The position numbers and the translations under genes were made by a program. From the NCBI GenBank assembly GCA_020724925.1, contig DYGC01000001.1, forward strand, positions 71,228-111,647: a DNA stretch of 40,420 bases. The letters run 5' to 3'. Positions 25,490-33,398 of this stretch are shown here, in pieces. Within the stretch, counting starts at the first letter, position 1, and each line of letters begins with the position of its first letter. Origin of the DNA: Candidatus Paceibacter sp. (GTDB taxonomy: Bacteria; Patescibacteriota; Patescibacteriia; DYGC01). The notes beneath the pieces are model-generated. The model saw nothing but the letters and a program-made list of their open reading frames with translations, did no database searches and was not told the DNA's origin.

Positions 25490-25777
25490 ATGGTTGGAAA
25501 ACATTTCTTTGCTTGTGTCGTGTGCTGTGAGGGTGAGAACCCACGGCGCTACGGCGAAGGCGAGTTCGGTTACCTGGACATCGAGCCGGTAACCGGTGAC
25601 GGGGAAATACTGTCCTCGCAACGCATTTACTTGTGTGAGGAGCACAAAAAAGCGTTGCTGTCGGTCCCGGAGGACCAGCGTTGGGATGAGTTCCAGCGTT
25701 TGCGTTTCGAGGCCCAGGACGGCGGTCCGCGGGAATACTTTCATCCCGTGGACGAAAGTGAGGGGCGTGATGACTGA
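25490..25777 (+). CDS. Small Cys-rich protein Z3, hypothetical (paralog of Z2)
   Basis: 95 aa. AGGAGG at 25478-25483, 6 nt before the ATG. CVVCC...C, then LLSVPEDQRW, which aligns with LLAVAEDKRW of Z2. Acidic tail. Confidence 0.65.
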   Translation: MVGKHFFACVVCCEGENPRRYGEGEFGYLDIEPVTGDGEILSSQRIYLCEEHKKALLSVPEDQRWDEFQRLRFEAQDGGPREYFHPVDESEGRDD

Positions 25778-25973
25778 GCCTCTCACTGAACAGAAACAGA
25801 AAACCTGTTTCCGCTGCCCCACCCCGATCCTGATCGGGCAGGTGGTGCGGGCTTTCCATCAGGGGAAGCTTGTGGAACAGGAGTTGTGCGATGCCTGCAT
25901 GGCGAAGCGCGAATATAAACTCGAAGTGCTGGCCATTCACGGCTATTGCAACATCATCCCTGAAATGGTTTAG
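25770..25973 (+). CDS. Small zinc-ribbon protein Z4, hypothetical
   Basis: 67 aa from an internal ATG of the 25596 ORF. ATGACTGA start/stop overlap with Z3 (8 nt). GAGGGG lies about 7 nt upstream. CFRC...CDAC. Confidence 0.5.
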   Translation: MTEPLTEQKQKTCFRCPTPILIGQVVRAFHQGKLVEQELCDACMAKREYKLEVLAIHGYCNIIPEMV

Positions 25974-26094
25974 GATTTCGGGGGGAGTCGGTAATTCGCA
26001 GGGTGTCTTTTAACCGAGGCGCCTTTTTTAGTTGTAAAAAATGATTTTTTGTTATAAATTTATATAGTAATTTTAAATTATTTGTCCTGTAGGC

Positions 26095-26141
26095 GAGATC
26101 CTAGATAAAAATTTTTTTACAAAAATTTTTTCTAGGATGAC
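26095..26141 (-). repeat. GTCATCC-flanked hairpin repeat (reverse orientation)
   Basis: The reverse complement reads gtcATCCTAGA...TCTAGGATctc with an AT-only apical stem. Confidence 0.65.
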
Positions 26142-26161
26142 AAGGTGCTAGCTTCGCCCAC

Positions 26162-26203
26162 GGGATTCCAGACATTTCGGCTTAGCCGAAATTCTGGAAT
26201 GAC
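26162..26203 (-). repeat. GTCATTCC-flanked hairpin repeat (variant, reverse orientation)
   Basis: The reverse complement reads gtcATTCCAGAatttcggctaagccgaaatgTCTGGAATccc, a near-perfect 17-bp stem. Confidence 0.65.
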
Positions 26204-26258
26204 GTGTTAGTCTGACCTTGTTTTTTGCAAATTTATCATTCATTCAAATATAAAAAAT

Positions 26259-28655
26259 ATGGCAATTTACGACGCCCAAAGCATTGAAAAAAAATGGCAA
26301 GACAAATGGTATTCTTCCGATGTGTTTAAAGCTGATGATCATTCCGATAAACCGAAAAAATATATTTTGGATATGTTTCCTTATCCGTCCGGCGCCGGAT
26401 TGCACGTTGGTCATCCGGAAAGTTATACCGCCACCGATATTTTGAGTCGTTATTATCGAATGAACGGCTACAATGTTTTGCATCCGATGGGTTGGGACGC
26501 TTTTGGTTTGCCGGCGGAAAATCATGCCATTAAAACCGGTATTCACCCGAAAGATAATACTGCCGATAATATTGAAAATTTTCGTCGCCAAATTAAGTCT
26601 TTGGGTTTTAGTTATGATTGGTCTCGTGAAATCAATACTTCATCTCCGGAATATTATCGTTGGACGCAGTGGTGGTTTCAATTTTTGTATAAAAACGGCT
26701 TGGCTTATAAAAAATCCGCCAAGGTTAATTGGTGTGATAAATGTCAAACCGTGATTGCCAACGAGCAAGTGGTTAATGGCAATTGCGAGCGTTGTGACAG
26801 CCCGGTGATCCAAAAAGATTTGGAGCAGTGGTTTTTTAAGATTACTGAATTTTCTCAAGATTTGATTGATGGTTTGGAAAATATTGATTGGCCGGCTTCC
26901 ACCAAAACTCAACAATTAAATTGGATTGGTCGCAGCGAGGGCGCGGAAGTGATTTTTAATGTTGGCGGTGAAGACTTGGTTGTTTATACCACTCGTCCCG
27001 ATACTTTGTTTGGTGCGACTTATGTGGTCTTGGCGCCGGAGCATTCCTTATTGGAAAAATTGGCTTCGCAAATCACCAATTGGGATGAAGTGAAAAATTA
27101 CCAAGAAGCGACCAAACGTAAATCCGACTTGCAACGTACTGATTTAAATAAAGATAAAAGTGGCGTGCGCTTGGCAGGCGTGTTTGCCATCAATCCGGTA
27201 AATCAAGAAAAATTGCCGGTGTTTATCGCCGATTATGTCTTGGCGACTTATGGAACCGGTGCCATTATGGCGGTGCCGGCTCATGACCAACGTGATTGGG
27301 ATTTTGCCAAAAAATATGATTTGCCGATGATTGAGGTTTTGCAATCGGCCGGTGGCATTGATGAGGCTGCTTGGGAAGCCGATGGCGAACATATCAATTC
27401 CGATTTTTTAAACGGTTTAAATAAAGAAGAAGCGATTAAGAAAATCAATCAATTTTTGGAAAGCAAGAATTTGGGTAAAGCCAAGGTGAATTTCCGTTTG
27501 CGTGATTGGTTGGTTTCTCGTCAACGTTATTGGGGCGCGCCGATTCCTGTGATTTATTGCGAGAAGTGTGGTGAGCAATTGGTGGATGAAAAAGATCTGC
27601 CGGTGATTTTACCGGATGACGTGGATTTTCGCCCGACCGGTGAATCGCCGTTAACGCGGTCGGAGAGTTTTCATAAGGTTACTTGTCCCAAGTGTGGTGG
27701 GGCGGCACGTCGTGAAAGTGATACCATGGACACTTTTGTTTGTTCCTCTTGGTATTATTTAAGATTTATTGATCCGCATAATGCACAAGCTTTGGCTGAT
27801 AAAGATTTATTGAAAAAATGGTTGCCGGTGGATGTTTATTTGGGCGGAGCGGAGCATACGGTTTTGCATTTGTTGTATGCGCGTTTCTTTATGAAAGCTT
27901 TACAAAAATATGGTGGTTTGAATCTTGATGAAAAATATTCTGAACCTTTTTATAAATTGCGTCATCAAGGAATGATTTTGGGAGAAGATGGCAACAAGAT
28001 GAGTAAATCCAAAGGTAATGTTATCAATCCGGATGAAGTGGTTAATTCTTACGGTGCTGATACTTTGCGTTTGTATGAAATGTTTATGGGGGCTTTGGAA
28101 GATATGAAACCATGGAATACCAAGAACATTTTGGGGGTGCGTCGTTTCTTGGAAAAAGTGTGGTTGTTGCCGGAGCGCGTGAAGGATGAAAATTTTTCTG
28201 AAGTGGAAAAAGTTTTGCATCGCACCATAAAAAAAGTCAGTGATGATATTTTGGTTTTGGGATTTAACACCGCTATCTCGCAGATGATGATTTTCGCGAA
28301 CGCCGCCAAGGACGGTTTGAATCAAAGTCAGTTGGAAAGATTTTTAAAAATTTTATCACCGTTCGCACCGCATATTTCCGAGGAAGTATGGTCAGTTTTG
28401 GGGCATGAAGATTTTATCGCGCGTGAGCCGTGGCCGACTTTTGATGAAGCCTATTTGCATGATGATACCGTGACCGTTGGCATTCAAATCAACGGGAAAG
28501 TCCGAGACAGCGTGGAGTTTTCGAAAAGCTTGGGCGAAGTGCAGGTCAAAGATTTGGTTTTATCACGAGAAAAAGTGCAGAAATGGCTGGAAGGGAAAGA
28601 AGTGAAGAAATTCATTTACATTCCTGGAAAAATCATTAATATAGTGATGGGGTAA
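26259..28655 (+). CDS. leuS: Leucine--tRNA ligase
   Basis: 798 aa. Motifs: PYPSGAGLHVGHPESY (HIGH-type) and KMSKSKGN. Zinc-binding CxxC pairs and the editing-domain region are present. Confidence 0.95.
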   Translation: MAIYDAQSIEKKWQDKWYSSDVFKADDHSDKPKKYILDMFPYPSGAGLHVGHPESYTATDILSRYYRMNGYNVLHPMGWDAFGLPAENHAIKTGIHPKDNTADNIENFRRQIKSLGFSYDWSREINTSSPEYYRWTQWWFQFLYKNGLAYKKSAKVNWCDKCQTVIANEQVVNGNCERCDSPVIQKDLEQWFFKITEFSQDLIDGLENIDWPASTKTQQLNWIGRSEGAEVIFNVGGEDLVVYTTRPDTLFGATYVVLAPEHSLLEKLASQITNWDEVKNYQEATKRKSDLQRTDLNKDKSGVRLAGVFAINPVNQEKLPVFIADYVLATYGTGAIMAVPAHDQRDWDFAKKYDLPMIEVLQSAGGIDEAAWEADGEHINSDFLNGLNKEEAIKKINQFLESKNLGKAKVNFRLRDWLVSRQRYWGAPIPVIYCEKCGEQLVDEKDLPVILPDDVDFRPTGESPLTRSESFHKVTCPKCGGAARRESDTMDTFVCSSWYYLRFIDPHNAQALADKDLLKKWLPVDVYLGGAEHTVLHLLYARFFMKALQKYGGLNLDEKYSEPFYKLRHQGMILGEDGNKMSKSKGNVINPDEVVNSYGADTLRLYEMFMGALEDMKPWNTKNILGVRRFLEKVWLLPERVKDENFSEVEKVLHRTIKKVSDDILVLGFNTAISQMMIFANAAKDGLNQSQLERFLKILSPFAPHISEEVWSVLGHEDFIAREPWPTFDEAYLHDDTVTVGIQINGKVRDSVEFSKSLGEVQVKDLVLSREKVQKWLEGKEVKKFIYIPGKIINIVMG

Positions 28656-28755
28656 ATAAAAAACTGGGACCGTTACTCAATATCGTTTTGTGAATGTTTG
28701 CAAAGCGGTTTTGCTTGACGGTCTCAGCTTGCTTTGGCATTGAAAGGAGGATTCG

Positions 28756-29088
28756 ATGCTGTATTTACAACCGGAGGAGAGTGCACATCGGTGGAGATTG
28801 TCGTTTGTTGGTACGGTTTATGCCGACGACAACTTTTTTTCCAAAGTGGAAGAAGAACAGCGAAAAATGCCACCTGGTGATCGGACTCTCATTGTTGATA
28901 TTAGAAAGTTAGAGGAAATCACCAACCCCGGGCAAGAAGTTTTGTCGCATCTTTTTCAACGGATGCATGGGCATGGCTTTCGTAAGGCCAATTTGATTGC
29001 CAGGCGCCAGCAGAAGCATGTGATCAAAATTTTTGAACGGATTTTAGATCAGGTTTTTGGTCCCGATGGGACTATTTCTTGTGAATGA
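28756..29088 (+). CDS. Hypothetical protein (G+C-rich, SD-led orphan)
   Basis: 110 aa. AAGGAGG at 28744-28750, 5 nt before the ATG. Has its own terminator at 29100-29126. No family recognised. Confidence 0.6.
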   Translation: MLYLQPEESAHRWRLSFVGTVYADDNFFSKVEEEQRKMPPGDRTLIVDIRKLEEITNPGQEVLSHLFQRMHGHGFRKANLIARRQQKHVIKIFERILDQVFGPDGTISCE

Positions 29089-29099
29089 TGGTTTGTCAT

Positions 29100-29126
29100 G
29101 GGCTTCTGTGTAGGAGCCCTTTTTTT
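29100..29126 (+). terminator. Rho-independent terminator
   Basis: GGGCTTCtgtgtaGGAGCCC (7-bp stem including one G-U pair) followed by ttttttt. Confidence 0.7.
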
Positions 29127-29169
29127 GTGTGTGGTTTCCGTTCGGACCAGGAGGGCGGAGTTTTTTGGT

Positions 29170-29197
29170 GCCACCTTTTGTACACACAAAAGGTGGC
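29170..29197. repeat. Perfect 12-bp stem / 4-nt loop palindrome
   Basis: GCCACCTTTTGTacacACAAAAGGTGGC. No U-tract follows on either strand. Confidence 0.7.
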
Positions 29198-29209
29198 GAA
29201 TATTTGTGG

Positions 29210-29238
29210 TTGATTTTTCTTGTAAAAATGCTTACTAT
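29210..29238 (+). promoter_or_regulatory. Candidate promoter of the tRNA operon
   Basis: TTGATT at 29210-29215, a 17-nt spacer, then TACTAT at 29233-29238. tRNA-Gly starts 13 nt downstream. Confidence 0.5.
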
Positions 29239-29250
29239 ATATCCAGCATT

Positions 29251-29321
29251 GCGGGATTAGTATATCGGTATTATGTCAGCTTCCCAAGCTGAAGAGGCGA
29301 GTTCGACTCTCGTATCCCGCT
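29251..29321 (+). tRNA. tRNA-Gly (anticodon CCC)
   Basis: Acceptor GCGGGAT/ATCCCGC. Anticodon arm TCAGC-ttCCCaa-GCTGA. T arm GCGAG-ttcgact-CTCGT. Discriminator U. CCA not encoded. Confidence 0.85.
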
Positions 29322-29334
29322 CCGTTCGTGTTCA

Positions 29335-29418
29335 GCCGAAGTGGCGGAATTGGCAGACGCGCATGGTTCAGGGCCATGTGGAGGTTTCTCCGTGAGGGTT
29401 CAAGCCCCTCTTTCGGCA
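29335..29418 (+). tRNA. tRNA-Leu (anticodon CAG)
   Basis: Acceptor GCCGAAG/TTTCGGC (one G-U pair). Anticodon arm CATGG-ttCAGgg-CCATG. Long variable arm. T arm GAGGG-ttcaagc-CCCTC. Confidence 0.85.
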
Positions 29419-29430
29419 CCGGTTGATGAA

Positions 29431-29507
29431 CGGGGTATAGCTCAGTTGGCTAGAGCGCATGCATGGGGTGCATGAGGTCGCACGTTCAAGTCGTGTTACC
29501 CCGACCA
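29431..29507 (+). tRNA. tRNA-Pro (anticodon GGG), CCA encoded
   Basis: Acceptor CGGGGTA/TACCCCG. D arm GCTC-agttggcta-GAGC. Anticodon arm CATGC-atGGGgt-GCATG. T arm GCACG-ttcaagt-CGTGT. 3' end ACCA. Confidence 0.85.
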
Positions 29508-29534
29508 CGTATTTCTCGCAATAATTATAAAAGA

Positions 29535-29777
29535 ATGAACAAAAAACTTTTTATTGAAATCATTGGCTGGTATGGCGCTTTGGCCATTATCGGTGCTTAT
29601 TTTTTTAACAGTTTTTCTTTTATTTCGGCTTATGATTTATCTTATCAGATTTTAAACGTGACCGGTGCGTTGGGCATGATTGCCGTCAGTTATTATAAAA
29701 AAGTTTATCAGCCAATGACCGTTAATATTGTTTGGGCGGCGATTGGCGGCTTGGCGATTATTAATTTATTTTTATAG
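29535..29777 (+). CDS. Small 3-TM membrane protein, hypothetical
   Basis: 80 aa from the ATG at 29535. The 29463 start overlaps tRNA-Pro and is rejected. Three hydrophobic helices. Confidence 0.55.
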   Translation: MNKKLFIEIIGWYGALAIIGAYFFNSFSFISAYDLSYQILNVTGALGMIAVSYYKKVYQPMTVNIVWAAIGGLAIINLFL

Positions 29778-29783
29778 TTTTTT

Positions 29784-30269
29784 ATGTTAGAAATCACAAA
29801 ATACTTTGACGAAAAACAAGCTGTTATTAAGTTAATGGAAGACTTGCAAGATTATTTGATTTCTATTGATCCACTAAACAGAACGAGACGTTTGCCGGAA
29901 TATGGAGAAGTTTATGTTAATGATTTGTTTGAGAAAATCCAAGAAAATTTTGGCGTAATTTATTTGGCTAAACTTGATGATGAGGTTGTTGGCTTAATTG
30001 CCGGGGTAATTGAGTCATCAAGCGCTATCGATGAAGTTGAAAGTGTGCCGACAAAAACCGCCAGAATATTAGAATTGATTGTCAGTGAAAAACATCGAGG
30101 GTTAAATATCGGGACATTGTTGATGGCGGAAATTGAAAAATATTTTTTAACGGAAAATTGTGATTTGATTCGCGTGGAAGTATTTGAACCCAATCATAGT
30201 GCCCATCGTTTTTATGAAAAATGCGGATATGGGGATCGAGTTATTGATATGATTAAAGTAATAAAATAA
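29784..30269 (+). CDS. GNAT-family N-acetyltransferase
   Basis: 161 aa. Acetyl-CoA motif A HRGLNIGTLLM. C-terminal FYEKCGY. Confidence 0.85.
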   Translation: MLEITKYFDEKQAVIKLMEDLQDYLISIDPLNRTRRLPEYGEVYVNDLFEKIQENFGVIYLAKLDDEVVGLIAGVIESSSAIDEVESVPTKTARILELIVSEKHRGLNIGTLLMAEIEKYFLTENCDLIRVEVFEPNHSAHRFYEKCGYGDRVIDMIKVIK

Positions 30270-30275
30270 TTTTTT

Positions 30276-31082
30276 ATGCACAACCACCACCACGAAGATC
30301 ACCAATGCAGCGCTTGCGCTGCACCCACGCTCCAACCGGCCAACTTGTGGCTGTCTGGCGTGGTCGGATTTTCTTTAGCCTTATTTTTTGCCGGCTTGGA
30401 TATTTTTTTTGCGTCGTGGTTTGAGGATGGCAGTTCTAAGTGGATGTTTATCATTCCGTTGTATGCGTTTTTGGGATTTGCCGCCGGCTTGACTTGTTGC
30501 GGCGCCTTGATCGCTTCGTTGTTGTTGTCATTGAGTAAACATTGGCAAGAACATCAGCAGGGCAAATCGTTGTTCCGACCATATTTGATTTTCATTATCG
30601 GGCGTTTGCTGGCGTTCGCGGTTTTAGGATTTATTTTGGGATATTTGGGAAAAAATGTTTTGACCGTGCCATGGCTGGGGAACGTCGTTTTGTGGACCTT
30701 GTCCGCGTTGATGATTGTTTTGGCTTTGCAATTGTTGGGCGTGGGCGCTTTTAAAAATTTTCACGTGCCCGGTTGTTATCATTGGAGTAATTCTTTGCAA
30801 CGCGGTCGAAATATTTATTCCGGCTTTCTGGGTATACTGACCGTGCTTTTGCCTTGCGCCATCACGTTGTTCGTCAGTGAGCGCGTGATTGTTAATGCCA
30901 ATCCGTGGGAGGGTGTTTTGATTATGTTGATTTTCGTGATGGGCGGGATTTTACCATTGTTGGCTTTGATTTTTTTCAGCGCCAAGTTTGCTCGCAAGAG
31001 CGATTACTTTTTAAAAATCTCTGGATTTTTTATTTTGTTTACGGTTTTATATAATATTTTGGAGAGTTTGGGGGTTTTATAA
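30276..31082 (+). CDS. DsbD_2/TauE-like polytopic membrane protein with His/Cys-rich N-terminus
   Basis: 268 aa. N-terminal MHNHHHEDHQCSAC. TM helix with GLTCCGALI, resembling the Cys motif of the DsbD_2 family. About 6-7 TM helices. Confidence 0.55.
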   Translation: MHNHHHEDHQCSACAAPTLQPANLWLSGVVGFSLALFFAGLDIFFASWFEDGSSKWMFIIPLYAFLGFAAGLTCCGALIASLLLSLSKHWQEHQQGKSLFRPYLIFIIGRLLAFAVLGFILGYLGKNVLTVPWLGNVVLWTLSALMIVLALQLLGVGAFKNFHVPGCYHWSNSLQRGRNIYSGFLGILTVLLPCAITLFVSERVIVNANPWEGVLIMLIFVMGGILPLLALIFFSAKFARKSDYFLKISGFFILFTVLYNILESLGVL

Positions 31083-31083
31083 T

Positions 31084-31611
31084 ATGATTACTGCGGAACA
31101 ACAAAAATGGCTTGATCATTTGAGTAACACAGATATTGTGTCGGTTGTCCCGTGGGATAATACCGCTGAATTGAAATTTGAATTTGTAAAAAAACAGTTG
31201 CAATTATTATTGGGAAACGATCAGCCAATTGAGCATCGTGGGGCAACCAGCCTGGGAATTTCCGGGCAGGATGAGATTGATGTTTATCTTCCGGTCCCAC
31301 CCGAAAAGTTTCGACCAACGGTTGATCTGTTAATTCCTTTGTTGGGGCAGCCGAGAAGTTGTTATGAATTAATTCGGGCAAGATTTGTACTGATGGTGGA
31401 AGGTAAGCACGTTGATATTTTTGTAGTTAATCAGAATCATGATGACTGGAAAAACGGTGAGCGGTTTCATCAATATCTTTTGTCTAATCCGGAAACGTTG
31501 GAAGAGTACCGACACTTAAAAGAATCTTTGAGCGGTCATTCGGTGCGAGAATATTATCAAGAGAAAATTAAATTCATTAATGATATAATGGAAAAAGTGA
31601 AAAATGATTAA
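31084..31611 (+). CDS. GrpB-family (UPF0157) nucleotidyltransferase-fold protein
   Basis: 175 aa. Motifs: IEHRGATSLGISGQDEIDVYLPV and FHQYLLSNPETLEEYRHLKE. Confidence 0.7.
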   Translation: MITAEQQKWLDHLSNTDIVSVVPWDNTAELKFEFVKKQLQLLLGNDQPIEHRGATSLGISGQDEIDVYLPVPPEKFRPTVDLLIPLLGQPRSCYELIRARFVLMVEGKHVDIFVVNQNHDDWKNGERFHQYLLSNPETLEEYRHLKESLSGHSVREYYQEKIKFINDIMEKVKND

Positions 31612-31629
31612 AACTTAAATATTAAATTT

Positions 31630-32310
31630 ATGCTCAAACACTTAGCGATTATCATGGACGGCAACCGCCGTTGGGCCAAAGATCAGGGTTTGCCGAGTTT
31701 TGCCGGCCATCAAAAAGGTTATGAGAAACTGAAAGAAGTGATGCACTGGTGCCAAAAGAAAGGCGTGGATACTTTGACGGTTTATGCTTTTTCCACGGAG
31801 AACTGGAATCGCAGTGAGGACGAGGTGAATTTTTTAATGACTTTATTTCACAAAGCGTTGACTGAGGAATTGGATGAATTTCATCAAGAAGGCATTCGTT
31901 TGAAAGTGATCGGCACGCGCCAACGCCTCGCTCCGAAAATTGTGCAAGCGATCGCCGACGCCGAAGAAAAAACCAAAGATAATCAAAAAGGTAATTTGAA
32001 TTTGTGTATCAATTATGGCGGACGTTTGGAAATCATAGAGGCTGTTAAGAAAATTGTTGATAGTGGTGTGAAACCAGAAGATATTACGGATAAATTAATT
32101 GCGGATAATTTGTGGATGGCTGGGCAAGCTGATCCTGATTTGATTATTCGCACCTCCGGTGAGCAACGTTTGTCCGGATTTTTAACTTGGGAATCGGTTT
32201 ACAGTGAATTTTTATTTTTAGAAAAACATTGGCCGGATTTCAGCGAAGCCGATTTTGATCAAGCGATTGAAGATTTCAATAATCGCCATCGTCGCTTTGG
32301 TGGTAATTAA
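31630..32310 (+). CDS. uppS: Undecaprenyl-diphosphate synthase (cis-prenyltransferase)
   Basis: 226 aa. Motifs: HLAIIMDGNRRWA, TVYAFSTENWNR, IRTSGEQRLSGFL. Confidence 0.95.
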   Translation: MLKHLAIIMDGNRRWAKDQGLPSFAGHQKGYEKLKEVMHWCQKKGVDTLTVYAFSTENWNRSEDEVNFLMTLFHKALTEELDEFHQEGIRLKVIGTRQRLAPKIVQAIADAEEKTKDNQKGNLNLCINYGGRLEIIEAVKKIVDSGVKPEDITDKLIADNLWMAGQADPDLIIRTSGEQRLSGFLTWESVYSEFLFLEKHWPDFSEADFDQAIEDFNNRHRRFGGN

Positions 32311-32321
32311 TTTTTATTTTT

Positions 32322-32867
32322 ATGGAAGCTTTAATTTTGACTATTTGGGGATTATTTTTGTTGTTTATTTTATATTTTTTAGTTTTTCAGCCAAGTTTTA
32401 GTGATGTTCCTTTTTTACCATCAAGTAATTCTTTGATTAAGGATATTTTGCAATACTTTCCCTTGCAGGAAGGGAAGGTTATTTATGATATTGGTTGCGG
32501 CGATGCCCGTATTTTGTTAGCGGCTTATAAAATTCAATCCAAGGCCACTTACATTGGGGTAGAAAAAAATTGGTTTCCCTTTTTATTGGCTAAGTTTAAA
32601 TTGTGGCGCATTGGTAATCCACCAAACATCAAAATTATTAGAAAAAATATGTTTGATCTTAATTATCAAGATGCGGATTTTATTTATGTTTATCTTTTGG
32701 ATAGTGTTTTAGATAAATTTTTGGATAAATTTCAAAAAGAGTTGCGAAGCGGGACAGTCTTATTGTCATCGTCCTTTCGATTTTCCCAAAAAACCGCCAC
32801 CCGAGTAATTGATTTGCCAAATAAATTTGGCACAATTATTCGTAATTTGTATGAATATCATTTTTAG
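32322..32867 (+). CDS. Class I SAM-dependent methyltransferase with N-terminal TM helix
   Basis: 181 aa. VIYDIGCGDARILL is motif I (GxGxG type). Confidence 0.7.
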   Translation: MEALILTIWGLFLLFILYFLVFQPSFSDVPFLPSSNSLIKDILQYFPLQEGKVIYDIGCGDARILLAAYKIQSKATYIGVEKNWFPFLLAKFKLWRIGNPPNIKIIRKNMFDLNYQDADFIYVYLLDSVLDKFLDKFQKELRSGTVLLSSSFRFSQKTATRVIDLPNKFGTIIRNLYEYHF

Positions 32868-32957
32868 TTGCTGCTTGTTTTTAAAAAACTTTTGTGTTTA
32901 AATAAAAAAGTCGGTTTTTGCTTTATATTCACCATTTTTTAGGAAAGGAGATTTGTG

Positions 32958-33380
32958 ATGTCAGTGCAAAAATTCAGAGCGATTATCCAGGATTGTATTT
33001 ATGTGCCCAGTAGTTTCCAGATTGTTCAACACGTGAAAAATGGTAGAAAGCCTCAGTCTTCACGTGGGGTTATCGGTCGGAGCCGTGGTCATGGCAATGG
33101 CGAAGTGATCGAGCCTTCCCAGTTCTTGCTGGCAGTGGATCTCGGTGTCCAGGAAGCGCCTTGGGAGCAGTATCCGGCGATTAATATCATGCCGGAGTTG
33201 CACGTTAAGTGGGAGCGCTTGACCGAGCGTCGGCAAGAAGCCCTGTTGGCGACGCAACCAATCTACTTGGAAGTGGAGGGGCGACGTTCCAACGGTGGTA
33301 ATTATTATTACACCGTTGATCAGGAACTGATTAACCAGTGGGTCGAAGCGGCTGAATTATGGCTTCGGCAACATCGGTAG
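32958..33380 (+). CDS. Hypothetical protein (G+C-rich, SD-led orphan)
   Basis: 140 aa from the ATG at 32958. AAAGGAG at 32944-32950 lies 7 nt upstream of it; the GTG at 32955 is only 4 nt from the SD. Has its own terminator. No family recognised. Confidence 0.6.
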   Translation: MSVQKFRAIIQDCIYVPSSFQIVQHVKNGRKPQSSRGVIGRSRGHGNGEVIEPSQFLLAVDLGVQEAPWEQYPAINIMPELHVKWERLTERRQEALLATQPIYLEVEGRRSNGGNYYYTVDQELINQWVEAAELWLRQHR

Positions 33381-33398
33381 TTTCTTGTTCATTATTGG

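Noticed and set aside
24858-25940. Long ORFs in other frames and strands across the G+C-rich island (24858-25376 minus, 25440-25940 minus, the 5' parts of 24871-25425 and 25596-25973, 24827-25120 minus)
   Set aside because: The translations are Arg/Pro/Ser-rich, as is typical of off-frame reading of G+C-rich DNA. They lack SD-plus-ATG starts. The SD-led frames instead give CxxC pairs and a Z2/Z3 paralogy. The non-coding-RNA alternative is kept open in the main finding.
29098-29292. 64-aa ORF
   Set aside because: It spans a terminator, the 12-bp palindrome, the tRNA promoter and the first half of tRNA-Gly.
29463-29534. Upstream extension of the small membrane protein ORF
   Set aside because: The first 24 codons overlap tRNA-Pro. 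The internal ATG at 29535 gives a clean 3-TM protein.
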